Source: Polyangiales bacterium (GTDB taxonomy: Bacteria > Myxococcota_A > Polyangia > Polyangiales > Polyangiaceae). From it: a stretch of DNA of 46,367 nucleotides. Location: positions 1 to 46,367 of the forward strand of contig JBBRNJ010000071.1 in assembly GCA_038230375.1 (NCBI GenBank), written 5' to 3'. This document shows, piece by piece, positions 45,300-46,367 of this stretch. Both the position numbers and the translations under genes were made by a program. The notes under the pieces were generated by a model. It had not been told where the DNA came from. It ran no database searches and saw nothing but the letters and a program-made list of their open reading frames with translations. The stretch's first letter is position 1. Every line of letters starts with the position of its first letter.

Positions 45300-46367
45300 C
45301 AGTCGTTCCTTTCTTTCACGGGCTGCCCGTCGGCCAGCGAGGGCATTGGATCTCTCACGAGGCGCGTGCCGGGCGGGGGGCCCTCCACTTCCTCGAAGCC
45401 ACTTCCGAACGCCGGGCCCAGGGTGACCTGCACCATGCGCACCTTGCCGCCGTCAACGACGAAGACGTGCTTCACGCCTCCGCGGTCGGCGATGGCGTTC
45501 TGCGGGATGACCTTCTTCGGCGGGACCTTGAGCTCCGCCGCGTCGAGCGCCTTCGCGAGGAAGCTCACGCGCGCGGCCATCTCCGGCAGTACGGCCTGGG
45601 CGTCGTCGGCAAAGCGAACGCGCACGGTACCCGTAGCCTTTGCGCGATTCAGCTTTGGGTTCACGTCCACCACGTTGCCGCGGTACCGCTTGTCCGGGTA
45701 TGCATCCAGGACGATCTCCGTGGGACCGTCACGCTTCACGATCGAGAGACGCGCCTCGGGCACGTCGGTCTCGACCATGAGGCTCGCAAAGTCCGCAAGC
45801 TCCAGCAGCTCGGTCGCGGGACCCACCACGTCACCGACCTGAGCGGGCTTCGTGGTCACCGTGCCGTCGATGGGCGCGGGGATCGTCATGTTGCCCAGGT
45901 TGACCGTGAGCGAGTCCACCTCTGCTTGAGCGGCGTGCGCCTCCGCATCACCGGCCTGCGCCTCTGCGTCTGCCGCGTTGGCGTCAGCATCCGCGGCCGT
46001 GACCTGCGCCTCCGCGGACTTCAGCTTCATCGCCAGATCGTCCGCGGTCGCCTGCGACACGGCGCCGCTCTGCGCGAGCTTCTGTTCGCGCTGGTGCTGC
46101 GTGCTCACCTCGGCTGCGTTCGCGCGCGAGGTCTGTGCCCTGGCGCGCGCGGTCATCGCACGCGCCCGCGCGGCCTGTGCGCGAGCATGTGCAGTCTGCA
46201 CGCGTGCCTGCGCGGCAGCGACTGCGCTCTTCTGGTCGGCGGGGTCCAGCTTGAAGAGGATGTCTCCCGCCTTCACCTTGTCGCCCTGCTTCACGTTGAC
46301 CGCTGCAATGCGTCCAACCAGCTTCGCGCCGACCTTCACGACGGTCTGCGGGACCACGTAGCCGGTC
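45299..46367 (-). CDS. Efflux periplasmic adaptor (MFP), N-terminus outside the window
   Basis: GDKVKAGD, Ala-rich coiled coil, APIDGTV and LPEM; its stop overlaps the ATPase start. Confidence 0.92.
   Translation of the reverse strand, partial: TGYVVPQTVVKVGAKLVGRIAAVNVKQGDKVKAGDILFKLDPADQKSAVAAAQARVQTAHARAQAARARAMTARARAQTSRANAAEVSTQHQREQKLAQSGAVSQATADDLAMKLKSAEAQVTAADADANAADAEAQAGDAEAHAAQAEVDSLTVNLGNMTIPAPIDGTVTTKPAQVGDVVGPATELLELADFASLMVETDVPEARLSIVKRDGPTEIVLDAYPDKRYRGNVVDVNPKLNRAKATGTVRVRFADDAQAVLPEMAARVSFLAKALDAAELKVPPKKVIPQNAIADRGGVKHVFVVDGGKVRMVQVTLGPAFGSGFEEVEGPPPGTRLVRDPMPSLADGQPVKERND

Overview
A GC-rich, gene-dense bacterial chromosomal window. Its gene content points to Myxococcota, probably a Polyangiales-type lineage: a MYXO-CTERM-type surface protein, FHA-DUF4388, many lipoproteins and sigma54 signals. 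This taxonomic call is inferred from gene families only. About 40 CDS are recognisable: grxC-like, class I/II aminotransferase, S1-domain protein, SDR, kdd, fhs, histidine kinase, giant TPR-sigma54 activator, nadD, ccmB, PilZ, orphan secretin, pyruvoyl-dependent Arg decarboxylase, gltX, CPBP protease, tatD, lytic transglycosylase and a MacAB-type ABC/MFP operon. No CRISPR array, rRNA or transposase was seen. The most striking item is a minus-strand unit at about 38144-39664. In transcription order it contains a perfect TTGACA -35 promoter candidate, a structured non-coding leader, a 9-bp tandem repeat, a 76-nt tRNA-like RNA, a hairpin hiding the next Shine-Dalgarno, a 104-aa basic protein, and tatD translationally coupled to that protein. 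The RNA has initiator-tRNA body features but a non-canonical anticodon loop. A second candidate system is the TPR-sigma54 activator coupled to a small lipoprotein carrying two PQPQPW motifs, followed by a membrane histidine kinase. All calls come from reading the sequence; no database searches were run.
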